This document shows positions 20,816 through 31,262 of a stretch of DNA of 64,000 nt, piece by piece. This DNA comes from Spirochaetia bacterium (GTDB lineage Bacteria > Spirochaetota > Spirochaetia > WTKD01 > G963693115), in the NCBI GenBank assembly GCA_965226065.1, contig OZ245332.1:873651-937650 (forward strand). Reading direction: 5' to 3'. The notes under the pieces were generated by a model. That model did not search any database, was not told the DNA's origin, and was given only the letters and a program-made list of their open reading frames with translations. Every line of letters starts with the position of its first letter. Positions within the stretch are counted from its first letter, which is position 1. The position numbers and the translations under genes are program-made.

Positions 20816-21310
20816 ATGCAGAAAAAGGAAAAAAGAAAAATATTGTTTGTATGCTCAGGAAACATCTGCCGCAGCCCACTTGCTCACAGAATTTTTGAGA
20901 AAATAGTAAAAGAAGATAGCGTCGAAGATCAATTTGAAATTGATTCATGCGGTACCGAATCATGGAATATTGGACATAACGCGGATAAAAGAATGAGAGA
21001 ACTTGCAAAACAAAAGGGTTGGATACTCGAAAAAATATCACGTCAAATATGTCTCCATGACATTGAATATTTCGATCATATATTTGCTATGGACAAGAGA
21101 CATCTGTATGAAATAAAAAACATGTTCTCTACTGAGAAAGCTACATGCCATCAAAAATTAAAACTCTTTCGTACTTTTGACTTAGAAGCCAACGAAGAAG
21201 ACAACGAAGTCATGGATCCATACTACGGCGGCATACAAAAATTTACACAAGTATATGAGATGATAGAACGTACCTGCGAAAATTTATTTAGATCTTTCGC
21301 AACAAGCTAA
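20816..21310 (+). CDS. Low-molecular-weight protein-tyrosine phosphatase
   Basis: 'ILFVCSGNICRSPLA' CX5R P-loop at the N-terminus and the DPYY motif. Confidence 0.8.
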   Translation: MQKKEKRKILFVCSGNICRSPLAHRIFEKIVKEDSVEDQFEIDSCGTESWNIGHNADKRMRELAKQKGWILEKISRQICLHDIEYFDHIFAMDKRHLYEIKNMFSTEKATCHQKLKLFRTFDLEANEEDNEVMDPYYGGIQKFTQVYEMIERTCENLFRSFATS

Positions 21311-21345
21311 TGCTATAAAATACGTAACGTTCCATTAACTTGCAA

Positions 21346-21378
21346 TAAAAAAGGGGTATACTACAACCCCTTTTATCG
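21346..21378. terminator. Bidirectional rho-independent terminator between convergent genes
   Basis: aaaaaa-GGGGT-atactaca-ACCCC-tttt: a 5-bp GC stem flanked by an A-run and a T-run. Confidence 0.6.
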
Positions 21379-21583
21379 TTTAAAGACATATCAAACACAC
21401 AGAGGACTGGTGTTCAGCACTATGAGTAAGTGTATCTTATTCATCTCTGCTTCATAATCATAATGTGGATGAATATTTTTTGATATATTCAATCTCATTC
21501 TAGATATTGCTTTATCATGTATACGCTTAAATTTTTCTTGTATTTTGTCAGTTTTCATAGTCATATTCCTAAAAATTATTTTC

Positions 21584-22612
21584 TTATGTAAAGGTAGTTT
21601 CAACTCCAGCTTCTCCTGCTGGAGCATCTTTTACAGCTTCACGACGTTTTTTTAAGTTCTCAAAAATTTTTATGCTTTCCAATATCTTTTGTTCCTCGCT
21701 TACTACACTAACTTTAGAAGAACTAGTACCTAATGTACTAACTCTCTTATAAGCTTCAAGCGCTTTTCTACACTTTTCTATACGATCGTCATAAGATAGC
21801 GACTTACTATGCATAGCGATTTGATAATAAGTCATGCCAATATTTTTATGAAGTCCTCTACGATAAATTTTGTCATCGTCACTTGAAGTGTTACGTGTTG
21901 TAACTTCAAGTGCCTTTTCAAAATCCTTAATTGCTTCTTCAAACAAAAATTCTTGACTATGAAAAATTCCTCTATAATAATACGCAATATCGTACTTAGA
22001 ATTTAAGTCAATAGCTTTGTCATAATCTTTGAGTATTGAGATATATAAACGCTTTATTTCTTCCTCAGGACTCCGTACAAATTTTCGTTTAAGCTCATTA
22101 TTCGCAACTCCTCTATATAAGTATGCTTCTGCATAGTTTTTATTGACTTCAATAGCCTTATCAAAATTTGTAATTGCTTCTTTTATTTTATTCTGTGTGT
22201 TTGTACCTAAAAAAAAGATAAACTTTCCTTTATAAAAATATGCCTCTGATGCTTTAGGTGACGAAGAACTAATGACTTTGTTTAAATCGTCTTCTGCTTT
22301 TTTATCTTTTAATAGAAAGTATGCAATACCTCTTTGTAAGTACCCGTTCATATCCTTTGGATTTTTTTCTATCATGCTGGTAAATTCTTTAATAGCACCT
22401 TTATAATCTTTAGCCTCTAGTTTTTTGATTCCTGCATCCAAATGCCTCTGTATTATTTGTTCAATACTCTCAGCAGGAGATTCATTATTATCAATATTTT
22501 GCTTTTGCTTTGGTACCGTAATTGTCGGCTTTTCACAACTAGAAAATATAAATGTCGTAATTACTAGTAATGACAACATAATAATATTTCGTTTAGTAAA
22601 TATTTTTTTCAT
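21584..22612 (-). CDS. TPR-repeat lipoprotein
   Basis: Signal peptide with lipobox 'IFSSC', then multiple 34-aa TPR-like units ('AYFYKGKFIFFLG', 'AEAYLYRGVANNELK'). Confidence 0.7.
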   Translation of the reverse strand: MKKIFTKRNIIMLSLLVITTFIFSSCEKPTITVPKQKQNIDNNESPAESIEQIIQRHLDAGIKKLEAKDYKGAIKEFTSMIEKNPKDMNGYLQRGIAYFLLKDKKAEDDLNKVISSSSPKASEAYFYKGKFIFFLGTNTQNKIKEAITNFDKAIEVNKNYAEAYLYRGVANNELKRKFVRSPEEEIKRLYISILKDYDKAIDLNSKYDIAYYYRGIFHSQEFLFEEAIKDFEKALEVTTRNTSSDDDKIYRRGLHKNIGMTYYQIAMHSKSLSYDDRIEKCRKALEAYKRVSTLGTSSSKVSVVSEEQKILESIKIFENLKKRREAVKDAPAGEAGVETTFT

Positions 22613-23088
22613 GTTACTCTCCTTCGTATCTTTTATATCCTTTGTACCTTAATAATAGAAAATAAATCATTACAATAAACCTTCTTTTGCTATACATATG
22701 CGAAACAATAAGGGAATATTCATGTTGTATTTATACGAACTCTACTACCTCTTCATATTTCTATACCTTTGTAAGAAGATACTATACGCCATTGCTGTGA
22801 ACATTAGCTCATTTTTTCACTTATCACATAATCTCAAAAAAGTCGTAACAGCTACTAAATACACTGAAATTTGCAACTACGCGAGACAAAAACACTACTA
22901 TGTTTAGATGAATTATCGCAAAAGCAAATAACACGTGACTTTTTATGTATAAATCATGTCGCAGCACAAAGATTTATAAAGAGAAAAACACAAACTTGGA
23001 GGAAGTTTTACATACACATTAAAGATGTATTATCTATCATATAAAATATATGCAAATACTTCCGAAATCTGGAAAATTTACTTAGATC

Positions 23089-24420
23089 CTACTTCACAAT
23101 CTCAATATGTAATTTTTCAAGTTGTGTATCAATAGAATCTACCTTAGCTTGAAACACGGCTTGTTTGTGCTTCATTCTATACTTTAATAAGGTTGCCGAG
23201 ATAATGCCGATAAGCGCCCATCCCATCATAATGAAAAATATTTTCTCATAGGCTCCATTATCTTTGTAAACGTCGACAATATATCCATAGAGCACATAGC
23301 CCCATGCAGCAGGTGAATACACGATAAGCGATCCTATAGCCATAGCAGATCCTGATATTCTTGGCGGCATTTTCATTTCACCAACAGGTACAAAATACAA
23401 AGGACGTAAAAAATAGATCATCATGGTACAAAAAATGAGCATCACCATTACCAACACAACAAGCGTAGAGCGACGAGGTAGAATAGAAATTACAGCAAGG
23501 ACAGCTACCATCATAAAAAGAGCAAATCTCATGGCATTTGTTGCTCCTTTAAATAAGTGGTCTGATGTTGTTCCCGCTATAGGAGCTATCAATAATCGTA
23601 CCATTGAAGTACTAAATAAGGCAAAAACAGAAACCAATGTTACAGGCATTGCGTATTGCTCCTTTAGAAAAACTTGAAAGTAGGGAATTGCAACATATGC
23701 TGCGTAGACTGACGCACCTGTTATCCCCACAAGCCAAATCTCGGGCAAACGCAAAACGGTGAGTAAACCAATAAACGACTCTTTTGTTTTACCTTTCGCG
23801 TGTTTTGCATGAAGAAATATACGCTCGGGATATATCTTCCACACCACAATGGCCAATATAATCATGATACACGCATTAACTGCCATAGCTCCGCGTAAAC
23901 CTCCAACATTTTTGCCAAACCATACAAATAACCCAAGGGCAAAAGCATTTTGTGAAAACTCTATAACTCCCCTAAGACCTTCCATAATTCCAAATGCCTT
24001 TCCTTGTGCAGATTCGTTTGTAGACTGCCGCACCGCATTTAGTATTGCAGGCCAAAAATACCCTTCTGTCATAAAACCGAGAACTGCAAACAAAACGAAT
24101 AACAACAAATAATAACGAGTAAATACTATAAAAAACGTCAGAACACCTACCATAGCAATACCTGTCGAAAGCATAAAGCGAATAGAAAATCTATCGTGCA
24201 TCCACGCAAGCAAAAAGTATGAAAACGTACCTCCAAGGAAATTAACGCTTAACAATGCCCCAAGCTGGGTAGCATTTATATTCCACATTTCGGTCATCTG
24301 ATTAAATGCTACAGACCTTAATGCAAGCACAACATAAATAAATTGACTGCACAAAGCTACCAGCAAAAAATTGAGAAGACTTCTCTTTTCAGGAAATAAT
24401 ACCTTTAATGTGTTTTTCAT
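23089..24420 (-). CDS. MFS transporter
   Basis: 443 aa, 12 TM, MFS topology. Confidence 0.7.
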   Translation of the reverse strand: MKNTLKVLFPEKRSLLNFLLVALCSQFIYVVLALRSVAFNQMTEMWNINATQLGALLSVNFLGGTFSYFLLAWMHDRFSIRFMLSTGIAMVGVLTFFIVFTRYYLLLFVLFAVLGFMTEGYFWPAILNAVRQSTNESAQGKAFGIMEGLRGVIEFSQNAFALGLFVWFGKNVGGLRGAMAVNACIMIILAIVVWKIYPERIFLHAKHAKGKTKESFIGLLTVLRLPEIWLVGITGASVYAAYVAIPYFQVFLKEQYAMPVTLVSVFALFSTSMVRLLIAPIAGTTSDHLFKGATNAMRFALFMMVAVLAVISILPRRSTLVVLVMVMLIFCTMMIYFLRPLYFVPVGEMKMPPRISGSAMAIGSLIVYSPAAWGYVLYGYIVDVYKDNGAYEKIFFIMMGWALIGIISATLLKYRMKHKQAVFQAKVDSIDTQLEKLHIEIVK

Positions 24421-24809
24421 AATTTCTCCTTAATTTTATGTTCATTAAATCTTAATTTTATAACAAAAAGTGTATATTTTAAGTCTTTATCTTGAAAATA
24501 CCTAATATAAACTTAATTTATTGCTATGCTGCACTAAATTTACCATAGAAATAAAAAGTGCATACTGAAAGATATGAAACGATTATCACAATATACCTAC
24601 AGTATAAATTTTAGAACTCAAAATAGCAAGATTACTATGATTCTTGCAATCTCGATTCTTAAGACAAGAAAGAAGTTTGTAATAATCAAAATGCTCGTAC
24701 TCGCATATGAATGTAAGAAAATTACGCCGTACACTTTGATAGCTTTCTATAGAGTGGTGGTAGCTACGTTATGTAGTAAGACATTAAGTATCTCATACAC
24801 AAACAAAGC

Positions 24810-24882
24810 CGCGTCCACGAGGATTCGAACCTCGGACCTACGGCTTAGAAGGCCGTTGCTCTATCCGCTGAGCTATGAACGC
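24810..24882 (-). tRNA. tRNA-Arg (anticodon TCT)
   Basis: Cloverleaf folded by hand: 7-bp acceptor stem (one G-U), anticodon stem acggc/gccgt with loop cuUCUaa, T-arm GGTTCGAATCC. Confidence 0.85.
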
Positions 24883-24891
24883 TCTTTCAAA

Positions 24892-24964
24892 TCGGGGTGG
24901 CAGGATTTGAACCTGCGATCTCCTGGTCCCAAACCAGGCGCCTTAGCCACTAGGCCACACCCCG
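24892..24964 (-). tRNA. tRNA-Pro (anticodon TGG)
   Basis: Acceptor cggggtg/caccccg, anticodon stem cctgg/ccagg with loop ttTGGga, T-arm GGTTCAAATCC. 9-nt spacer to tRNA-Arg. Confidence 0.85.
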
Positions 24965-25116
24965 ATGGAGTTGCATGTAATAGCATTTTAGCATAAAGAA
25001 AAAAAATATATGACGACCTTACAACACAGATACGTTACTGATTTAAGGTTTTTAGTCTGCATCTATTAAGTCATAATAAGTCTCCCTAAGTTCATACATA
25101 GTGTTATCCGAATCTA

Positions 25117-25962
25117 TCAAATTGAAAGACTCGGCATATCCTCTGTTGAAAATCCTCCATATGTCATAACGACAGAACGCGAAGCGAAGACTCCTACCAT
25201 GTGTTCAAAAACCGCAACTTTGTGTCCTTTTGTTCCAATGTAGGAATTATCGACATTTTTTTTCACTACTTGTGAGATAGTACTCACAATGGGCTCAATA
25301 CAGAGCACCATACCCGGAACGATTATCGTATTTTCAGCATGCTTGTACTTATACAATACGCGAGGAAATTGATGTATTGCCTGCCCTATGCCATGACCGG
25401 TAAATTGCGTATAAACGTGCATCTTATACTTATACGCTGCTTCTTCTACTGCGTAGGCTATGTCAGAAATTCGCGCACCTACCTTTACCGCACTAATACC
25501 TGCGCACGTTATGTTCCAAGACGCAGCGATGAGGTACTGCGATTCTTCACTTGGTATACCAACACAAAAAGTCCACGAGGCGTCCGCAAAAACTTCACTA
25601 TCGGGCTCGGTAGCTACAATATCGACAACCACCACATCATCACAGACTAAGGCTTTGTCATTTGGAACTCCATGCGCAACTACATTATTAACGTTAATGC
25701 TAATATCAGACGGAAATCCATTGTATCCGCGTAATGCAGATTTACAGCGATATTTCTGCAAATAGTAGGATGCAATTTTTTCTATTTGCATGCCCGTAAC
25801 TCGTTCGGGAATAGGAGAATGTAAAGATTGAAAAAATCCAGAAATTACCTTTGCAATGTAAGATTGTCTTAGCATTTGCAAAGGAGTACAGAGTTTTTTC
25901 TCATACAAAACTTCAGATACAGAAGACTGCTTCATATTATTTTCATTGTAGGGAGTTTTCAA
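25117..25962 (-). CDS. map: Methionine aminopeptidase, type I
   Basis: Pita-bread fold motifs ('VCDDVVVVDIV...', 'FTGHGIGQAIHQFP', 'GMVLCIEP'). Confidence 0.75.
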   Translation of the reverse strand: MKTPYNENNMKQSSVSEVLYEKKLCTPLQMLRQSYIAKVISGFFQSLHSPIPERVTGMQIEKIASYYLQKYRCKSALRGYNGFPSDISINVNNVVAHGVPNDKALVCDDVVVVDIVATEPDSEVFADASWTFCVGIPSEESQYLIAASWNITCAGISAVKVGARISDIAYAVEEAAYKYKMHVYTQFTGHGIGQAIHQFPRVLYKYKHAENTIIVPGMVLCIEPIVSTISQVVKKNVDNSYIGTKGHKVAVFEHMVGVFASRSVVMTYGGFSTEDMPSLSI

Positions 25963-26009
25963 TTGAAATGCGTACCTGCTGATATGCAGAATTCATCAGC
26001 ATATAATTT

Positions 26010-26372
26010 TTATGTAAAAATATCTGTACGTAGTTGCTCTGCTCCAAACATATATACGGGATAATTTTTTCTAAAATGAAAAAATTTTTCTCCAACTACC
26101 ATAATTCGTATGGTTTTTCTCAACATGCCACGCACCGTAGCTTCTTGTGATGTAAAAAGCGCAATATGTTCATAGCCTTGTCGCTTTCGTAAACAAGAGG
26201 CTACATTTACCAGCTGTATGTCGGATGTTTGAGTAAAGAAGATACTCTTAATATGAGAACGCCTTATAGCATTTTTTTTCAAAAGCGCATCCATCACCGT
26301 GTGAACTCTATCTATCATCTGTGCTTCATCATCGCTATTGAGACAAAAAGCACCGCGTATAAAGAAAACCAT
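26010..26372 (-). CDS. aroH: Chorismate mutase, AroH class
   Basis: 'IRGAFCLNSDDEAQMI...SIFFTQTSDIQ...RKTIRIMV...PVYMFGAEQLRTDI' aligns along its full length with B. subtilis AroH ('IRGATTVERDTEEEIL...RCIRVMM...HVYLEKVVVLRPDL'). Start is taken at the Met overlapping the upstream stop (TAATG). Confidence 0.65.
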   Translation of the reverse strand: MVFFIRGAFCLNSDDEAQMIDRVHTVMDALLKKNAIRRSHIKSIFFTQTSDIQLVNVASCLRKRQGYEHIALFTSQEATVRGMLRKTIRIMVVGEKFFHFRKNYPVYMFGAEQLRTDIFT

Positions 26373-26701
26373 TACATATACTCCTGCGCAAATACTGCTT
26401 GTATAAGCGAGAATATAAAAAGTCCACCCGTAAGAATGAAAATATTCGCCCATAATATCATATACAGTATATGCTTAAGATTTTTTTTTAGCATTATAAA
26501 ACACAGCGTATTACAAAGCGATAAAAAAAATGCCATGCCAAGCAAAAAAAATATCAGTATTGATAATATAGAAAATAACACCGTATTATGAAAAATAGCA
26601 ACGGTGTATTGCATCGCTACGGCAATGATAGCGCATATAATCGTAGTAATATAAAGCACAATAGACCAATAAAGTAATTTTGTAATAAACAATTGTTTCA
26701 T
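26372..26701 (-). CDS. Small integral membrane protein (3-4 TM), unknown function, translationally coupled to aroH
   Basis: 109 aa, strongly hydrophobic. Its stop overlaps the aroH start. Confidence 0.5.
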   Translation of the reverse strand: MKQLFITKLLYWSIVLYITTIICAIIAVAMQYTVAIFHNTVLFSILSILIFFLLGMAFFLSLCNTLCFIMLKKNLKHILYMILWANIFILTGGLFIFSLIQAVFAQEYM

Positions 26702-26743
26702 CAGAATCTATACCTATGTCTTACAGTATCATTAACTATAGAC

Positions 26744-27655
26744 ATGGGGCAATTGTTACATTTTTCAAAGATAATTTCGCGTTATGTGCAAAATACTATA
26801 CCTGACATTCCGCCTCATGTTACACCACATATACCATGTATAAAAGGCATAAAGGCTGTAGCATTTGATATCTACGGAACCTTGTTACACTCAGCATCCG
26901 GAGAAATAAGCACAGGTGAAATAGCGGAAAAATTACAGATAGAATTTCCACACTTGAGCCTTAGTCTTGATAGCAAAATGATTAGTGCCATACTAAAACG
27001 CGAAATACAAAAACAACATTCAGTAAAACACGCACAAGGTATACGCTACCCTGAAGTAGACATAGTCAAAATATGGGAGAAAATTTTACAAAAAGAAAAC
27101 CCATTTTCAAAAGCTGTTGCAAATTATCGCATGATAAGAGAATGTGCTATGGAAACTGCATTGTACTACGAACTGCAAGTAAACCCCGTATCGCCTATGC
27201 CTCACGCATTTACCATTATACATAGACTGCATAATGCGGGTATTGCGCTTGGGATAGTCTCAAACGCACAATTTTACACCGCGCATGTCTTAGAGTATTT
27301 GAGCTCTAAGGCAAATAAAACAAACAATACTACACAAAGGTACAAAAAACTCTTTGATTTATTTTCAACATGTGTATGGTCATATATGCTAGGTGAAGGC
27401 AAGCCATCGCCACGTTTATACGAAAAACTTTTATATACATGGTCTGATTATAAACCTCACGAAATACTGTTTGTAGGAAATGACATGCGCAACGATATCG
27501 CAGCACCTGCGACACTTGGCATAAAAACAGTCTTGTTTGCAGGAGATTCACAATCGTATAGACTAAGAGAAACGCTACAAGAACTCGTCTCAATAAAACC
27601 TGATGCATGTATAACAAATCTTATGAGCATCACCGACATTGTAGGAATTACATAA
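26744..27655 (+). CDS. HAD-superfamily hydrolase
   Basis: Motif I 'AVAFDIYGTLL' and motif III/IV 'FVGNDMRNDI'. Start is uncertain; the longest ORF would overlap the divergent gene. Confidence 0.6.
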   Translation: MGQLLHFSKIISRYVQNTIPDIPPHVTPHIPCIKGIKAVAFDIYGTLLHSASGEISTGEIAEKLQIEFPHLSLSLDSKMISAILKREIQKQHSVKHAQGIRYPEVDIVKIWEKILQKENPFSKAVANYRMIRECAMETALYYELQVNPVSPMPHAFTIIHRLHNAGIALGIVSNAQFYTAHVLEYLSSKANKTNNTTQRYKKLFDLFSTCVWSYMLGEGKPSPRLYEKLLYTWSDYKPHEILFVGNDMRNDIAAPATLGIKTVLFAGDSQSYRLRETLQELVSIKPDACITNLMSITDIVGIT

Positions 27656-27674
27656 AATACAGGAGAATAAAAAC

Positions 27675-28946
27675 ATGCGTTATAAAATACAAGGAGGCGC
27701 TACGCTCCATGGCGAAATAAGAGCCTTAGGTAATAAAAATTCCGCATTGCCGTGCTTGGCTGCTGCACTGCTTACCGATGAAGAAGTCATTTTGCATAAC
27801 ATCCCTCGATTGCAAGATGTGAATATTATGGTAAATATTTTAGAACATATAGGTGCATCGGTTTCAAAAGATAAGAACAGTTATAAAATCAAAGTATCAT
27901 CTATACAAAATACATCGGTGCCACATGAGTTTTCTAGCAAAATACGCGCTTCTATTTTGTTTGCAGGACCCATGCTTGCACGATGTAAAAAAGTTGTTAT
28001 TTTTCCACCCGGTGGCGATGTAATAGGAAGGCGTCGCTTAGATACACACATTGCATCGCTTTCTGCACTAGGTGCAGAATTTACTATCAATCACTCATTT
28101 ACCATTCGTACAAAAGGCCTTAAAGGAACACATATTTTTCAAGACGAAGCATCAGTAACAGCAACTGAAAACACCATAATGGCAGCAGTCCTTGCAAAAG
28201 GAGTAACTGTCATAGAAAATTCAGCCTGTGAACCACATGTACAAGACTTGTGCAATATGCTTGTTATGATGGGGGCAAATATTACCGGTATAGGATCAAA
28301 TATTTTACATATTAAAGGTGTTAAAAAATTGCACGGAACAGAATTTACTATAGGACCTGACTTTATGGAAGTAGGATCACTGATAGGACTAGCTAGCGTT
28401 ACAAAAAGTGAAATTGCCATTACACATACCGAACCTCAACACATGAAAATATCCGAATTACAATTTGGTAAACTAGGTATACACTGGCATTATGAAGGAA
28501 AGACGGTAGTAGTCCCAAAGAAACAAAAACGAACAGTCGTTCCTGATCTCGGTGGCGTCATTCCCACCATCGCTGATGCGCCATGGCCAAGTTTTCCACC
28601 TGACTTAATTAGCATCATTTTAGTAGTTGCAACACAGACAAATGGCAGTGTTCTCATCCACGAAAAAATGTTTGAATCGCGACTGTTTTTTACTGACAAG
28701 CTTATCGGTATGGGTGCGCGTATAATACTGTGCGATCCACATCGCGCGCTTGTGCAAGGACCGAGAACTTTAATAGGCACACAACTTTCTTCACCTGATG
28801 TACGCGCGGGCATGGCAATGGTACTCGCCGCACTCTGCGCCGAAGGAGAAAGCATTATTGACAACACTTACGAAATAGAACGCGGCTATGAAAACCTAAC
28901 ACAACGACTTCACAAACTTGGTGCAAAAATACAAAAAATAAGCTAG
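27675..28946 (+). CDS. murA: UDP-N-acetylglucosamine 1-carboxyvinyltransferase
   Basis: 423 aa; 'MRYKIQGGATLHGEIRALGNKNSALP' and full-length MurA similarity. Confidence 0.9.
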   Translation: MRYKIQGGATLHGEIRALGNKNSALPCLAAALLTDEEVILHNIPRLQDVNIMVNILEHIGASVSKDKNSYKIKVSSIQNTSVPHEFSSKIRASILFAGPMLARCKKVVIFPPGGDVIGRRRLDTHIASLSALGAEFTINHSFTIRTKGLKGTHIFQDEASVTATENTIMAAVLAKGVTVIENSACEPHVQDLCNMLVMMGANITGIGSNILHIKGVKKLHGTEFTIGPDFMEVGSLIGLASVTKSEIAITHTEPQHMKISELQFGKLGIHWHYEGKTVVVPKKQKRTVVPDLGGVIPTIADAPWPSFPPDLISIILVVATQTNGSVLIHEKMFESRLFFTDKLIGMGARIILCDPHRALVQGPRTLIGTQLSSPDVRAGMAMVLAALCAEGESIIDNTYEIERGYENLTQRLHKLGAKIQKIS

Positions 28947-29096
28947 CACGATAAAATTAGACTCTTAATGTTTTTTTATTCGGAGTGTTTATTTAATAGG
29001 CTATTTATCTTCAATATTACTCTCTGCCATATATTCCAATGTTAAAGTAATAATTGGGAACTATATATATTGAGACATAGGTAAATAGTTACCAAA

Positions 29097-30140
29097 TTAC
29101 AAGATATCTAAAACAGCAGATAACTCATTTAATAGAACGTTCTTTTGAGATTGACTTACTTGCGTTTCTCGTTCATAAATTTCGTATTTAGCAGCTTTTA
29201 AATTTGATAGTCGTTCGCCACAATGATTCAGTACTGAAGTTATAGTATTACCGTCTTTTATATTGAAAACCTCACATTCATCTGAAAAAATTGCAGGATT
29301 ATCCTCTTTGTACTTTTTAACATCCTCTTTAATTTGTTGCATATTTGCCATAAATGCGCTAGATGGATTTTTAGTATGCGACCTTGATTTATTTTGAATA
29401 ACAGAATGAATTTTAGGTAAAGCATATCCATCTCGTTCGCAATTTGAATTAAATTCATCAAAAACATTCTCTTTGTTTTCTTCATCACTAATGCCATATA
29501 CTACTCTTAAAATATTTCTTATACCTCGTAAAGAAGCGGCATCTGCCGTGCAAGGAATTAATAATCGATTTGACGCTACGATAGCTAATTCCGTATAAGA
29601 AGCAAAACTAGGATTACAGTCAACAAAATACACATTTTCTCGATTACTAATACTATTTTCAAAGGCATTTATCAAATCTATAAGAATATGGCGGCTGTGA
29701 AACCATGCCTTCTTTTCAGGTGCTCTTGCTAAATATTCAATCAATTGACCGCATAAATCTAGATCTGTACTTCCGCAAAGTAAATACAGGTTTTCAGGCA
29801 TTTTTCCGTTATAACCACCTACTTTTATGAAGTAATTTGATTCAGAGCCAATGAGCGAAAAACGAGCAGAATCATACTTTTTTTTTATATAATCAGCTAT
29901 ACTCTTACTATTTGTATAACATGTTTCTAAATTTTGTTCTCCCTTTCCATTTCCGCCTAATAACATTTCTGATATATTTGCCTGTGGGCACATGTCAAGT
30001 ACTACTACGTTTTTGTCTGTGTTTTTATGAGCATATTCTGTCGCCAATAAATATGTTAAGGTAGTTTTTCCTACTCCTCCTTTATTATTCCACACAGCGT
30101 ATATTTTAGGGGAAACTTCCATTATTTTATTATATGCCAT
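29097..30140 (-). CDS. Orphan ParA/MinD-family P-loop ATPase with a roughly 100-aa C-terminal extension
   Basis: Deviant Walker A 'NNKGGVGKTT', A' 'VVLDMCPQAN', 'VDCNPS...LIPCTAD'. No ParB-like or adaptor gene is adjacent. Confidence 0.75.
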   Translation of the reverse strand: MAYNKIMEVSPKIYAVWNNKGGVGKTTLTYLLATEYAHKNTDKNVVVLDMCPQANISEMLLGGNGKGEQNLETCYTNSKSIADYIKKKYDSARFSLIGSESNYFIKVGGYNGKMPENLYLLCGSTDLDLCGQLIEYLARAPEKKAWFHSRHILIDLINAFENSISNRENVYFVDCNPSFASYTELAIVASNRLLIPCTADAASLRGIRNILRVVYGISDEENKENVFDEFNSNCERDGYALPKIHSVIQNKSRSHTKNPSSAFMANMQQIKEDVKKYKEDNPAIFSDECEVFNIKDGNTITSVLNHCGERLSNLKAAKYEIYERETQVSQSQKNVLLNELSAVLDIL

Positions 30141-30233
30141 ATCTAGTATTACTTTGTATATTTACAACAAAGACACAGTAATAAAAAAATTTTGCAACTT
30201 TTTTGGATACAATAAAATACCAAAAGAAAGTAT

Positions 30234-31262
30234 TTATTTTTTGCGTGCAACGACAATACATCGATGTGGTGCATCATAGCCCTCTATAGTTTTGCAACTA
30301 TCAGCACTATCTAAAAAATGCTCCAAGGTGTGCGATGTAATCCATTCACTCTTACCTTGCTCTTCGCTTGTAGTACGTACAGGATCATCATATGCTAACA
30401 CTTCAAAATTACATCGCGTAAGCCAATGTCTTACCACAGAGGCAGAAGGAATAAACCAGTAGCCTCGCGAATTTTGATAAGTCTTTTGTGGAAAAAGGCA
30501 TAAGTCTTTTTCAGTGTTTAGACAGATTGTTTCCACCACAAGTAATCCATCTTTTTTTAGCGCGCGATGTAAGGACTGTAAACATAAAAGTGGATTTCTC
30601 TGATGATATAAAATACCCATACAAAATATACTTTCAAATATTTCTGAAAAGCACTCGTTTAGCGGTGCTCCAAGCATTTCAAAATATAAGGGAAGATCGG
30701 GAAAAAATAGAGAAAAAAAATCATAATACCATGCATATTTGCACATGGGGTCTATTGCAAGCACGAGAGCTGCACCTAGACTAAGAATGCGAAATGAATA
30801 ATATAAGTTATTAGCGCCTATATCAAGTACTGCCTTGTTCTTACAAAGCATTTCAATATCAAAAATGCGTGCAAGACGCCGCCACTTTGCATCGCTGTTC
30901 CATTCCGCTTGTATCGTAGTATCGAAAATGCGAAATGGACCTTTACGCCAAGGCATCAGCATGCGCAGTATTTGCATTTGCGCATCGTAAAAATCGCGGA
31001 TTACCGAAACATCGCATAAAGATTCAAGTGCATCATTAGTAATAGAGACAAGTCCTTGTGCATCGTACAAAATACTTTTGTGCTCTCCAACTGCTCGTGT
31101 ATAAACACGCGAAAATGTATCAAGTGCATCGCGTAAGGCATTAAAATGCGCTTTTTGCTTTTCAATACTCTCTGCCTCTCGCACTTTGAGTATGTGCGAG
31201 CGTATCATACTAGTATCTTGATACGACGCTAGCCATGCATCTCTATTTTTCATCGCAAACAC
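30234..31262 (-). CDS. cmoB: tRNA U34 carboxymethyltransferase
   Basis: 'PWRKGPF' and SAM-MTase motifs; immediately follows cmoA. Confidence 0.8.
   Translation of the reverse strand: MFAMKNRDAWLASYQDTSMIRSHILKVREAESIEKQKAHFNALRDALDTFSRVYTRAVGEHKSILYDAQGLVSITNDALESLCDVSVIRDFYDAQMQILRMLMPWRKGPFRIFDTTIQAEWNSDAKWRRLARIFDIEMLCKNKAVLDIGANNLYYSFRILSLGAALVLAIDPMCKYAWYYDFFSLFFPDLPLYFEMLGAPLNECFSEIFESIFCMGILYHQRNPLLCLQSLHRALKKDGLLVVETICLNTEKDLCLFPQKTYQNSRGYWFIPSASVVRHWLTRCNFEVLAYDDPVRTTSEEQGKSEWITSHTLEHFLDSADSCKTIEGYDAPHRCIVVARKK

Noticed and set aside
21391-21627. 78-aa minus-strand ORF just downstream of the TPR lipoprotein gene
   Set aside because: It overlaps the 3' end of the TPR gene in another frame and has low-complexity Lys/Ile-rich content. 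It is probably the 3' UTR before the bidirectional terminator. It is kept as unlikely rather than impossible.
24574-24996. 140-aa plus-strand ORF
   Set aside because: It overlaps the two minus-strand tRNA genes (Arg, Pro) almost entirely and has no RBS. It is an artefact of the stable tRNA sequence.
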